Assembly: GCF_011745625.1 (NCBI RefSeq)
Contig: NW_027191467.1
Span: 1 to 64,000 of the forward strand
DNA from: Cladosporium halotolerans
Lineage: Eukaryota
DNA: 64,000 bases
Reading direction: 5' to 3'
In this document: one piece after another, positions 12,419 through 23,093 of the stretch
Position numbering within the stretch: position 1 is the first letter of the stretch
How the letters are laid out: each line of letters opens with the position of its first letter
Made by a program: the position numbers and the translations under genes
The notes under the pieces: generated by a model
Told to the model about the DNA's origin: nothing
Database searches by the model: none
The model's input: the letters and a program-made list of their open reading frames with translations, nothing else

Positions 12419-12900
12419 TAGGCTGCGGTGAATTGGAATGGGTGACCGGCTGTTCTACATGTATGAAGCGTCTTCTATTTGCAGATCAAAGGACGAGATT
12501 CACAGCCCCACCTGAAGCGGAACGTGGGACGTCGAAGCTTTGGGAGTGGTGTAGTCATAGTCTCACAACGCGGTGAAGTGACTCCTGCCGTGACCCTGAA
12601 CAAAAGAAACAGCTTCGCTTCTGGACCTTTCTGCTCCTACACTCATCAGCCTCTTTCGCTTTGTCCATTGTTCACAGCAATATGCTCTTCAGCTGAAACT
12701 CTCTCGCGAGACATGACCAAGACGTGGACTCGCATTGACGCCCGTACGCCTGACCCACTTCTCCAAACGCCGACGCCGGGTGGCGAGCTGATAGCATTGC
12801 TCCAACCCTAGACGCCCGCTACAACACCCAACATTGACACAAGCAACAACCACCGCAACCCACGAACCGCGCGCTCCGCGCACGCGCACCGCAGCTTTAC

Positions 12901-14832
12901 ATGAGCACATTGCCCGCCAGCAAGCCCTGGGATTTCTCTCATGCGCTTGAACTCCTCAACAGCAACCTCTCCACCGCCGAGCAGATCCGCCAGCCGGCTG
13001 CCCAGGCGCCCGCCTCGCCGCCCAAGTCACATGGCAGCGATGACTTCCATGACAGCGGGGTTGATGAAGGGGTAGACAAGAAGGACTTCGCCAAGGCTTC
13101 CAGCGGCCTTGGTGATTTCGCTAAGATATGGGAGTACATGGGAGTGCCTTTGCACGATGTACGACCGAAGGATCCGTCCCCGGACACGGGCAGAGTCGTC
13201 AGCATTCGGGACTACACGTCGGATGGCGCTACGTACGTCAGACCAACGAAGCAGACCAGAGGCGTGACTTGGAAGGATCAAGAAAGTGCCGACGAGACCG
13301 CTGGTAGTGCCACGGATAACTCGACCTCGCCAGAAGAGGCACCGAAGCTTACGAAGACGCAACGCAAGAAACAGAATAGGAAAGAGAGGAAGGCAAGAGA
13401 AGCAGCTTTGGCTGCGAGGCAGGGCGCTATGTCAGAGAATGAGGGTGAAGGAATATTACGCACCACACCGGCACGGAAGGCTAGTGCCCACACCGGGTCA
13501 AGTACACCGACCAAGCAGTCTGGTCCAGGCGGATTGCCTGGGTTTGTCCAGCCGGCTTCTTCTCCCGCACCTCTTGCACTGTCCAAGGGACTTCTTCCTG
13601 CCTCTGTTGCCCCTCGAAAGAAGGAGGACAAGGTCAAGGATAGCAAGACGGACGATGAGTTACCCAGCACACCCGCGCCCAAGCGCCTTGACGCAACCAA
13701 GCGTCAAATCTCACAACCGGCAACGACCACACCCATCAAGAACGCACAAGCAGCCGCTCTTTACGAAACTTACAACCAGAACAAGAAGCCCCTCGCTACG
13801 CCCAACTTCAAGAGCCAGCAGTACGGCCCTCCCGCAACAACCCAACCCCAAAGAAAGAAGGACACCTCCGACCCCTTCGCGACCCAGCAAGAGGCAGCCA
13901 AACAGGCCGTGCAGGCAGTAAAAGCCGTCATGCAGCCGTCCGGCACGCCCTCGAAGCGGCGCCCCAACGCCATCGAACCCCGCATCATCCGCTCCGGCGA
14001 AGACAAGCACTGGGCGCTCTTCCTGCGCCTGCTCAACGAGCACCCGGCCGAGCGGCCCTACCTCGTCTCGCCCATGCCCATGGTCAACCACTCCAGCGAC
14101 CCGGCGGGCGTGCACGTCTTCGTCGACGCCAGCAACATCTTCATCGGCTTCAACGACCAGCTCAAGCGCGAGCGCGGCATCCCCGCGCACTGGCGCACGG
14201 GCAGCACCGCGGACATCTCCTTCGACGCCCTCGCGCTGCTCATGGAGCGCCGCCGGCCCGTCGCCAAGCGCGTCCTCGTCGGCTCCCTGCCCGAGGTCCC
14301 GGCCTTCGTCACCGCCCGCAAAGTAGGCTACGAGGTCTCGCTCCTCGACAAAGTCTACAAAGCGAAAGAGCTCACGGAGCGCCAGATCTACTTCAAAGAG
14401 CAGGACGAGAAGCGCAACTCCGGCAAGCGCGGCAGCTGGAACGGCGGGGCGAAAGCCCCTCCGCCGCCCGCCGGCGGCTCAGAAACGACCGCCAACGGCG
14501 CTGCCGCCCGAGAGCCGCAGTTCGCCCCCGCGAAGATGATGGAGCAGGGCGTCGACGAGATCCTGCACCTGAAGATCCTGGAGTCCGTGGTGGACGCCGA
14601 GGCGCCGGCGACGATGGTGATCGCGACGGGCGACGCGGCGCGCGCGGAGTACAGCGACGGCTTCATGGCGATGGCGGAGCGCGCGCTGCGCCACGGGTGG
14701 AAGGTGGAGCTGGTCAGCTGGAGCGCGAACGTGAGCAAGATGTACCTCAGGAGTGAGTTCAGGGAGCGCTGGGGGGAGAGGTTCAAGACGGTTTGGCTGG
14801 ATGATTTCGCGGAGGAGTTGTTGGATATGTGA
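12901..14832 (+). CDS. Protein with long disordered N-terminus and C-terminal NYN/LabA-like PIN-fold nuclease domain
   Basis: VHVFVDASNIF, EQGVDEILHL, MVIATGD...YSDGF, GWKVELVSW: the acidic motif pattern of NYN/DUF88 domains. Confidence 0.82.
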   Translation: MSTLPASKPWDFSHALELLNSNLSTAEQIRQPAAQAPASPPKSHGSDDFHDSGVDEGVDKKDFAKASSGLGDFAKIWEYMGVPLHDVRPKDPSPDTGRVVSIRDYTSDGATYVRPTKQTRGVTWKDQESADETAGSATDNSTSPEEAPKLTKTQRKKQNRKERKAREAALAARQGAMSENEGEGILRTTPARKASAHTGSSTPTKQSGPGGLPGFVQPASSPAPLALSKGLLPASVAPRKKEDKVKDSKTDDELPSTPAPKRLDATKRQISQPATTTPIKNAQAAALYETYNQNKKPLATPNFKSQQYGPPATTQPQRKKDTSDPFATQQEAAKQAVQAVKAVMQPSGTPSKRRPNAIEPRIIRSGEDKHWALFLRLLNEHPAERPYLVSPMPMVNHSSDPAGVHVFVDASNIFIGFNDQLKRERGIPAHWRTGSTADISFDALALLMERRRPVAKRVLVGSLPEVPAFVTARKVGYEVSLLDKVYKAKELTERQIYFKEQDEKRNSGKRGSWNGGAKAPPPPAGGSETTANGAAAREPQFAPAKMMEQGVDEILHLKILESVVDAEAPATMVIATGDAARAEYSDGFMAMAERALRHGWKVELVSWSANVSKMYLRSEFRERWGERFKTVWLDDFAEELLDM

Positions 14833-15522
14833 TTTTGGGGTGTTGGGTGGCTGGTTAGAGGGACTCCATGCCTGGTGGCTGTGTTTGGCGTTCTCTCTTT
14901 TGTTTTTTGTTTTTCTTTTTTCTCTTTTCGCCAATGCCGACGGACTGGTTGGCATGGACGGTTTATTCGCTTGCTCGCATGGACAGGGGACGAACGAATG
15001 GACGGACAGGCTATAGCATAGCATTTGCGCGAAGCGCGCGCCGACTCGACTCGAAGTCGGCCACAAAGCACGCGCGCAACACGGACACAGACAGCATACC
15101 TTATCTCTCCCTCACGTACCTGCAGCGACGGCTAGTCGCAAGCCTGCAGGGCACGGATAACGAACGAACATGAGAAAGAAACCCGGAGCAGCGAGTCCTC
15201 CAATCAGCCAAACGATCACATGTGTCGGGTTCTGCCAGCCAGAAGTGAGGTTTCCGATCGTCGCAGCAGTCGGCAGTCACACAGCGCAATCCCATACCGG
15301 CCCAGACATGCATACATACATATTAGCACACTATTATGCAAGCTTGACCTGCCAGCCACGCCCCGCTGGCGCTAATGTACTCATGTATGTACACTACTAC
15401 CTAGCTAGTACTTCGCCCGCAAACCCCTTGCAGCAGCGCGCGCTTTAGCTTTTCCTCGCGCGCTTGGCTTTGGAGCGGGGCTGTGGGAGGATGCATGTGA
15501 GAGTTGGAGCGCGCTGCGGGTG

Positions 15523-15524
<2 letters not shown>

Positions 15525-15556
<32 letters not shown>
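15525..15556. repeat. (GT)16 microsatellite
   Basis: Direct reading of sequence. Confidence 0.95.
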
Positions 15557-15559
<3 letters not shown>

Positions 15560-17487
15560 GAGAGAGAGGTGTGGCGATGCTGCTGGGCTTGGATTTGGAG
15601 GGGTTGGTGTGTGTGGGACAGGACGGGGAGCGGTGTGTCGCGGCTTCGGAGGGTGGTGGCTTGGGTCGGTGGGGGAGTGAAGGGTACAGTATTTTGCAGG
15701 TTGAGGTCGAGATGGATGGATGGATGGACGACGCCCGCCCTGCCTTACATGGCCTTTGCCCGACCCGACCTGATACGAGAACGCCGCTGCATTTCTGCTG
15801 CATGTTTGTGCTGCTGCGCGCTTGTTTCGCGACGTTCTGTCGGCCTCACTACCTTATTCCCTGCACCTGATAAGCTTACCTTGCCGCACGACACCGCATG
15901 CGCGCCTCGCTGCGAGTCGGGGTGTGGGGAGGCATGTGATCGGCGTCTAGCGACGGCTTTTGGCGGCTGGGGCCTTACGTGCTCGAAAGATGGAACTCGC
16001 TGTGAGTCAAAGGTGAGAGCAGGTACACAGGTAAGGTACAGTACCTCACGCCTGCAGGGCGTGGGTGGGAGGGTGTGGGTGTGGCGGCCCGGGGGTGGCG
16101 AGACGAGACGAGGGCGATCGCGTCCGCGTCCGCGAACAAGGCTTGCTTCGGATAGATTGGGGTGCGCGGAAGGCCGCAGGCGGTACGGACGACATCATGT
16201 CTGCGTTCGCCCTGCGTGAGACCCTGCGTCGAAGGAGGCAAGCTGTGGCGACGAGGATTCGAAGCGGGGACCCTGTCTATCAGTCACTGCGGAGGGGTGG
16301 CGGTGACGACGACGAAGACGAGCGGGAAGGTCATCGGACCTGCAGGAACTGAAGGTCGGGCGGCGCATTGTGCGAAATGTCTCGGGCGAGCCAAGCGCGT
16401 TGCGCCTGGCGGGGCTTGGGGAGCGGTTCCTGAGCCGCTCGCTGGGCGGCGGAGGTGCAGAAGGTCGCGAGAGGAATGGGGATAGGATGAGACCCGAACA
16501 GGAACGGGGCGCTGGTGCCTGTGCCTGAGTTGGGGATTCGCGCGCGTTGGATGGTGGAGGTGGAGCCTGTGGCGGCAGCGTATGGCGGCGTAGCGTGCTT
16601 TGGGGCTTTGCCGGAGTGGACACGCTCGTCTCGCCAGCCCGATGAGGGTCGCGGTGTTCGCCGGAAGAGCTGTTGTCAGAGCTGCTGCGAGCCGACCAAT
16701 ACCGGCGGGAGGTGTGGTTGCAGCACGCCAAGGGAGCTGGAGGCGCCGATGGGATGTGAGGGCGGGCGGCGCGCGCGGCTGGGGATGGGCGAGGCTACGC
16801 TACGCCGGCGAGGGAGGCTGTTGGCGAGCTGTACCAGCGACGGGCTTGTGACCGCCGGCTCGGATTTGACGGCAGCGTGAGAGAGAGGGAGAGGGAGTTG
16901 GAGGTATCGCCGCGGACATGTCAGGGCAAAGCATGGGCAGGCGATCGGCACGAGGTGTGGCATGGCTGCGTGCTAAGCTCTGCCGACGTAGATGTGTGGT
17001 GTATATCTGGATGACGAAGCGGGCGATGATTGTCTGGCGGGCGTGGGCAGGCTGGGTAGGGATGATGTCTGTCGGCGATCAACGCTGGATCTGCAGGACC
17101 AAGCTGCGGCATCGCCTCGTCGACGATCTCTGGCGCCATGGGATCCTTCGTCGAATGAGCGCGCTGTGCAGGCCGGAGAGGGGCGCCCAGCACGACGCCG
17201 CCCTGCCGTCGCCGCCCTCAGCCATCGTTTAGACTCGTCTGCGCATTGTGTGTCTGGCGAGTCTGGCGAGTCTGGATAAGCTGGCCTAGCCGCCGAGCTA
17301 CCGTGCGGCACGGGTGTGTCGCCGGCGTCTTCCTCCAGGCACGCATCTGGCATGAGGGAGTAGGTAAGTTAGCCAAGCAGGTAAGTGACTACGTGCCTGG
17401 CTCGCGCTGGCTGCCCGCCGCGGTGGCGAGGCTGGGAGAGCCCTGTCGTGCCCACACTCTGGCGAGTCGTGTGCGGTATACCACTGG

Positions 17488-17586
17488 CCCAATAACCACC
17501 GCTACACACCAAGCCACGCCCAATAACCGTCGCTACGCACCACCTCACACCCAATAACCACCGCTACACACCACCTCACGCCCAAT
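17488..17586 (+). repeat. 31-bp tandem repeat x3 plus partial, each unit starting with a CCAAT box
   Basis: cccaataaccaccgctacacaccaagccacg/cccaataaccgtcgctacgcaccacctcaca/cccaataaccaccgctacacaccacctcacg/cccaat. Confidence 0.85.
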
Positions 17587-18444
17587 CGCCCGCGCGCGCA
17601 CGCAACCCCGACGCGCTCTGCCCCGCGCCTCGTTATCGCTGGGCGGCGTCGCTGACCCGGCCTCTCTCACCCCTCTGCCCTCTGCCGCGTGCGGTGCCTG
17701 CGTGTCACGCCCCGGCGCAGCTCGAGCGCGCGGCCGTGTAGTGTCTCGGCCTCCCGCTGCTGTACCGTCTCGTGTACTCTACCGTCTGTACCGCCCGTAC
17801 CTCGCCGTGCGTGGCTCCTCCCACTGGTGCCCGTCACGCCCGTCACGCCCGTCTCCCCTCGCGACTCGCCCACCGTGGCAAGGTAAGGTACCTTACCGTC
17901 GCCCTCCCTCGCGCCAACCACTCGCGCCAGCCTCTGCAGCCAGCAACGCCCGCCAGCGCCCGCACGCCCGCCTCGCCCGCGTCATCGTCGTCCCTCTCAC
18001 ACCAGCCTGCCACTTCCTCTGTCTGTCCGTCTGCGCACCCCCGACTCCCTCGCCAATCTGCATCCCACTCTCACGGCCGCGACCTCTCGAGCCCTGTCCC
18101 GCCCGCCGTGTCTCGCCCGCCGTCTGCTGTCCTTGACTTTGTTGGGCCGGGCCTTAGGGCATCCGCTGAGGCCCTAGTTCGCCGTCAGCCTCGCGCGCAA
18201 GGCACGCTACTGGCTCTCGCATCCACTCCCAGCCGCTTACATACCACGGCCTTTCGACACCGCTCGTACGTCTGCCTTCGGGCACCTGCAGCGCTCTAAT
18301 TTCGACCGCCAACGTCCAACATACCGACTGCGGCCACCAGGGAAAAAAAATCCACTCGCGCACTGCAGCCGCCATCCGACCAGGGCCACCCGCCGAGCGT
18401 GCCTTGTTCCTGGACGACGCCTGCCCCGCTGCGCTCATCGCGCA

Positions 18445-20671
18445 ATGGCCGAAGCCTCCCACGACGTCGTCCAAACCTCGCTGAGCGCACCCGACCGCAC
18501 TCGGCAGGGTGAAGACAACACACCCACCACTCCCACCCCGAATGCGCGCTTCTCCCGCCAGCCGCCCGTCGAGATCGACCCGCCCGCCGAGGAATCCGCG
18601 CCTGAGACGCCCACACGACACAGCTTTGGCGGCGTTCGCGGCCAAAGACCCCTTCCGGACGACCCGCCGTCGGCGCATGGCCCGGAGCGTACGAAGAGGG
18701 AGGGGTTATCGTTGAAGCGTGGTAGCTCGAATCGGTCGGTCGTGTCAGGTGGCTCGGACGATGTGGAAATGGGCGACGGCGAAGCCGAGGAAGGCGCGGA
18801 AGATGACGGGTCTGACAACGACAGCGTCACAAGCGACTCGCAGAGGCCATCCAAAAAGAAGAAGGGACAACGGTTCTTCTGTACTGAGTTCCCACCGTGC
18901 CAGTTGAGCTTCACGCGGAGTGAGCATCTGGCGAGGCACATACGGTTGGTAGAGACGAACATGCTTAGATTGCATGCCCATGCTGACTTGCACCAGGAAA
19001 CACACAGGGGAGCGACCCTTTCAATGTCATTGTTCCCGCCGATTCTCTCGTCTGGACAACCTCCGCCAGCACGCTCAGACTGTTCATGTCAACGAGGACA
19101 TCCCGGGCGATTCACTTGCTGCCACCAGTACCAGATTCCAAAGACAAATCAGAACCGACCGAGTGCGACCCCAAGGCAACAACCGCCCACGTTCGAGCAC
19201 AATCAGCAGCCAAGGCGGCCACAGCAGGGGCCACAGTCGGAACCTCTCAGCTTCGAGTGTCGGTTCGACAGCCTCAAGCATGGGCATGCCCGAAGACCTC
19301 AGACGCCAGCCGGCTCCTCTGGCAATGGCGAACGATCCCTCTAAGCGTGCCATGATGAGCATCGACACATACAACTCAGTTACTGGAAGCCCCGGCCAGC
19401 AGTATGCCTACTACCCTCAATCGCCCACAGGTTTCAGCACGCCAACGACCGCCACCTTTTCGACCGGCACTGCAAGTCCCGGTTATGCTTCACCGCCGTC
19501 GTCGATATCACGCTCGAGCTTCTACAACGGTGCCCGTCACGGTCGACGCCTTTCAGTGCCGTCCGGCGTCAACCCCTACCAGAACACTTCATATCCACCG
19601 CCGTACTACAGCCCGGTTCCTGCTCCTGCGAACCCGGTCTACTCGCAACAAAGCAGCACTTTTGCCAGTCCCACTAGTTCTGTATTCTCACACGGCCGTC
19701 GTGAGTCAGAGAGTGAATTGGATTTCAGACGGAGAACGTGGCATTCCGGCACATACCCAGGCTACACTCAGCGTCCAGCCACCAGCGGGTTGATGTACGG
19801 TCAGACTCCGGACGAGCCAAGGCCAGCAATGTCTCAGCAGTCAGCCGCCAGCCAAGTCACTAGACTTCCAGGTATTGAGAGCTTCGACCATGCACCTCCA
19901 CCCACCGGTCGCCAGCCAGCGAGCAGCCCGATGATGGTTGACTCAGAGCCTCGTCCTCAGAGCTCAGGTCAGCCGTCCGACGCCGGTCTGCATCAGAACC
20001 TGACCCGCCTGGACATCACGTCCGCGAACGCTCCGCCACACGATGGCCAGTGGCAAGCTGGCCCTCCGGGCCAACCTGGCTACTTTGTACAGCAATCCAC
20101 AGGCATGCCACCGCAGGCAGCCCAAGCACCGGCAACATCTCATTACGAGCAGCCTTCCACGCCACGACGCAATAAACGCCAGGCATGGTACGGCGGGCCC
20201 GTCGGTCCAGTCTCCTTCGGCCGTCCATCACCGGAAGACTCGGGCAGCAGCGACGGCGTCCCCACTCCATTGACCCAGCAAGGCGGCGAATACCACCCCG
20301 TCATCGTCAACCAGAACGAGCCATACGCGGCCCACGCTCCCGCAGCCGTGCCAGTCGGCGGCGCCGAAGATCCGCACAAGGTATATCATGCCTCCTCCTA
20401 TCCTCTCCCACCGCCGCAGCCCGTGCCGCAGCGTCAAGAAAAGCCCGAACCGATCAGGACTGACTCTGGCTTCCAGGCCTTCGCGCCTGCGCCTGGCACC
20501 GTGCAAGCCGCCCAGCAGCACACCTACGCTCTGCAGTCTGGTCACGACCCTCGCTTTTCCTCGGGTTACATGCAGGCGCCCAAGACGGAGACGCGGAACG
20601 ACATGGGCCGTCTGGAGGCTCTTGTCGCTGTAGCTACGAGCGAGAATCGAGCGGTCGAGAACCGGAATTGA
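18445..20671 (+). CDS. C2H2 zinc-finger transcription factor, Usv1/Nsf1/Rgm1-like; intron 18945-18996
   Basis: [54 protein letters not shown]; long S/P/Q-rich tail ending in [11 protein letters not shown]. Confidence 0.9.
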
Positions 20672-21808
20672 TCGACGACACCGCTACTGAGTCCAGACTC
20701 GCCGGCTACCGATCTTCACACACCAATTTACCAACGCACACACACTATACTCTCGACACCGACTACCGATGTTTGAAACGACCCTAACGACCAGCAATCT
20801 GCTTTCACCTGCTTCACGACGTAACGCATCGATTCCCAACGACTCTGCTTTGTTTTTTCTCTTATCTGTATTCCTTGAATTTACCGGCTATGCGTGGCTT
20901 TGCATGCGGGATATTTCCAGTGTTTTCCTTTTCACGAAAGAACGAGGGGGAAGGGAAGGAAAGGCGACGACGAAAGAAAGGAAGGCGAATTGGAGAGAGG
21001 AGAGCCAGAGAGAGCTTCATTCGTTCTGACTACACAGCGGCACTCTGCTTTTGCTTGAACCAGTGTTCCCCAGCTCACGCGCGCAAATGATACCCCGTTC
21101 CAACTTCTTTCCTTTTTTTCTTTTCTTCCCTCCGAAAGAGATCTGTTTCTCGCAAATGGTGCTGCTCTCGTACGGTGCTTTGTTTTCAACTCCTTTCTCC
21201 TCGGTCCTTCGCGTAGGCTGGTCTAGGTTGACTGCTTTCACGCTTCGCGGGCGGAGGACTACAATCAATCTGCTTTTTGCCGAGTTTTCCGACTCAGAAT
21301 GGAGTTCCATTTCAACATGGGTTGCGGCTGGGTCGTTGCTGCGAGGCGGATTTTGGTTGAGTTAATTCTGGGCTGTTGCTTTGGGCTTTCGCGTGGAGTT
21401 TGATATTCATTGTCATCGTTTCTGTCTTTCGAGGCTCGTCGGTCTGGATAGGAGTGTTTGCACTGATGTCGATCTAGCTAGCTAGGCCTTCTATACCCTC
21501 TCTCATTTCAACTCACATTCTATTTCACGCTGATGACAATGTTTTCTACAAATTCGCAGGCGGCGTTAGAATGGGCAGCTACGAGACGGCCCTGCCCCTG
21601 CGAAGCTGCCTCTGTTCGACTTACCGTACAGACAGATAGGCACGACCACTTCACCTACCTCGCTCACCACCCTCACCTTCCCCAACACCTACCCAGCCGC
21701 GCCCACCGCCGCCGTCACCCGACCATCCACTCCCCTTCCCGAACCCACCCACGTGCCACCTCTCCCCCCTCACCCAACAGACCACCCCTCAAGCACCAAA
21801 ATAAAGCC

Positions 21809-22663
21809 ATGCCCACCCGAGAACCCAACCCCCTAAAAACCTACCTCCTGACCCCCCTCCCCCCCTCCCCCCACACAGAAGCGCACCTCCTCCTCCTAAC
21901 TCTCGCGTCCGGTCTGCAAAACGCCGCCTCCTACTTCGACTTCCGCGTCTTCGCCAGCGCCCAAACAGGCAACACCGTCGTCTTCGCGCTCGCGCTCGCC
22001 GACCGCGGGCCCGCGCACCCCGCTCTCGCCGCCGTGGGCACCAGTCTGGCGGCTTTTTGCGCCGGCGCGCTGCTCGCGGGCCAGATTGGGAATCTGGTCG
22101 GGAGGCGCAGGAGGGTCTGGCAGGTTGCTGTGCAGGCGCTGCAAGTCTTGGGGGTGCTGGGGAGCGCGTGGGCGGGGAGCGTGCATGGGGATATCAGTGC
22201 GCGCGGTGACGGCGTGAATGGGCGGCTGGCGCTGGGGCTGATGGGGGTTTCGTGCGGGGCGCAGGTTGCTGCGGCGCGGGCTTGGGGCGTGCCGGAGATC
22301 AGCACGGTGATGGCGACGACGGCTTGGGTGGATTTGCTGGCGGATGGGCGGTTGTTGGCTTGGGAGAATCGGGGGCGGAATCGGCGGGCGGCGTTTTTGG
22401 TTGTGCTTGTTGGGGGGAGTGTGGCGGGGGCGTTTATGAGGGAGGCGATTGGGGGTGCTGGGGTGGTGGTGGTGAGTGCTGTTGTTAAGGGGGTTGTGGT
22501 GGTGGGGTTGTTGGTTGCGCCTGGGGAGGGGGTGGGGGCTGGGGAGAAGGGGGAGGGGAGGGAGGGCGTTCGTGTGGTTGATTCGGGTGATGTGGATGAT
22601 GGGAGTTATGGGGATGCTGGCAGTTTTGGGACTGATGGGAGTTATGGGAGGGGTGAGAGTTGA
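21809..22663 (+). CDS. DUF1275 (YoaK-like) multi-pass membrane protein
   Basis: LLLLTLASGLQNAASY..FASAQTGNTV, GAQVAAAR...EISTVMATTAWVDL, NRGRNRR motifs; ATG at 21809 preferred over the upstream low-complexity extension. Confidence 0.85.
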   Translation: MPTREPNPLKTYLLTPLPPSPHTEAHLLLLTLASGLQNAASYFDFRVFASAQTGNTVVFALALADRGPAHPALAAVGTSLAAFCAGALLAGQIGNLVGRRRRVWQVAVQALQVLGVLGSAWAGSVHGDISARGDGVNGRLALGLMGVSCGAQVAAARAWGVPEISTVMATTAWVDLLADGRLLAWENRGRNRRAAFLVVLVGGSVAGAFMREAIGGAGVVVVSAVVKGVVVVGLLVAPGEGVGAGEKGEGREGVRVVDSGDVDDGSYGDAGSFGTDGSYGRGES

Positions 22664-23093
22664 TGGGTCTCTTTTGCTTTTTTGCGTTGCGCTCTGGAGA
22701 GGTGGTGTTGTTGACTTTGTCCAGGTCGTTGGCCTTGTGTGGAAGTATCCGCGAGGTAACGATGTCGACCTGCCTTAGCATTTCATCAGAACATGGATAC
22801 ATGAGTCCGAACGAGGTCGCTTCACGCCAGTCAGTGTCTCTGCCAATGCCAATAAGTCAGTGGTTGACCTCAAGCTTCTTCGATAGATAGGAAGGGACAA
22901 GGTGAGCCAGACTCGGCAGATGGCGAGGTGTGGAGGAGTAGGGCAAGGTGTTAGATAAGAGAAGGCGACGATTCGCCGGGAACCCCGCTCGTATCTAAGG
23001 GCAGAGCTGGCTTATCCACGTGAGGTCCATGAGAGATAGCCCTGCCCAGACCGAGGGACGCCTCCAGTGCCATGTCGGGGTCCTGCTATCAGC

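Noticed and set aside
17488..17586. Tandem 31-bp repeats as a CRISPR-like array
   Set aside because: Eukaryotic context, no unique spacers, no cas genes; a simple minisatellite.
15400..18400. Numerous overlapping 60-250 aa ORFs on both strands
   Set aside because: GC-rich low-complexity translations with no domain motifs or coding-like codon pattern; expected by chance.
21533..21808. N-terminal extension of the DUF1275 ORF
   Set aside because: C-rich leader-like sequence translating to P/H/R low complexity; ATG 21809 is the more plausible start.
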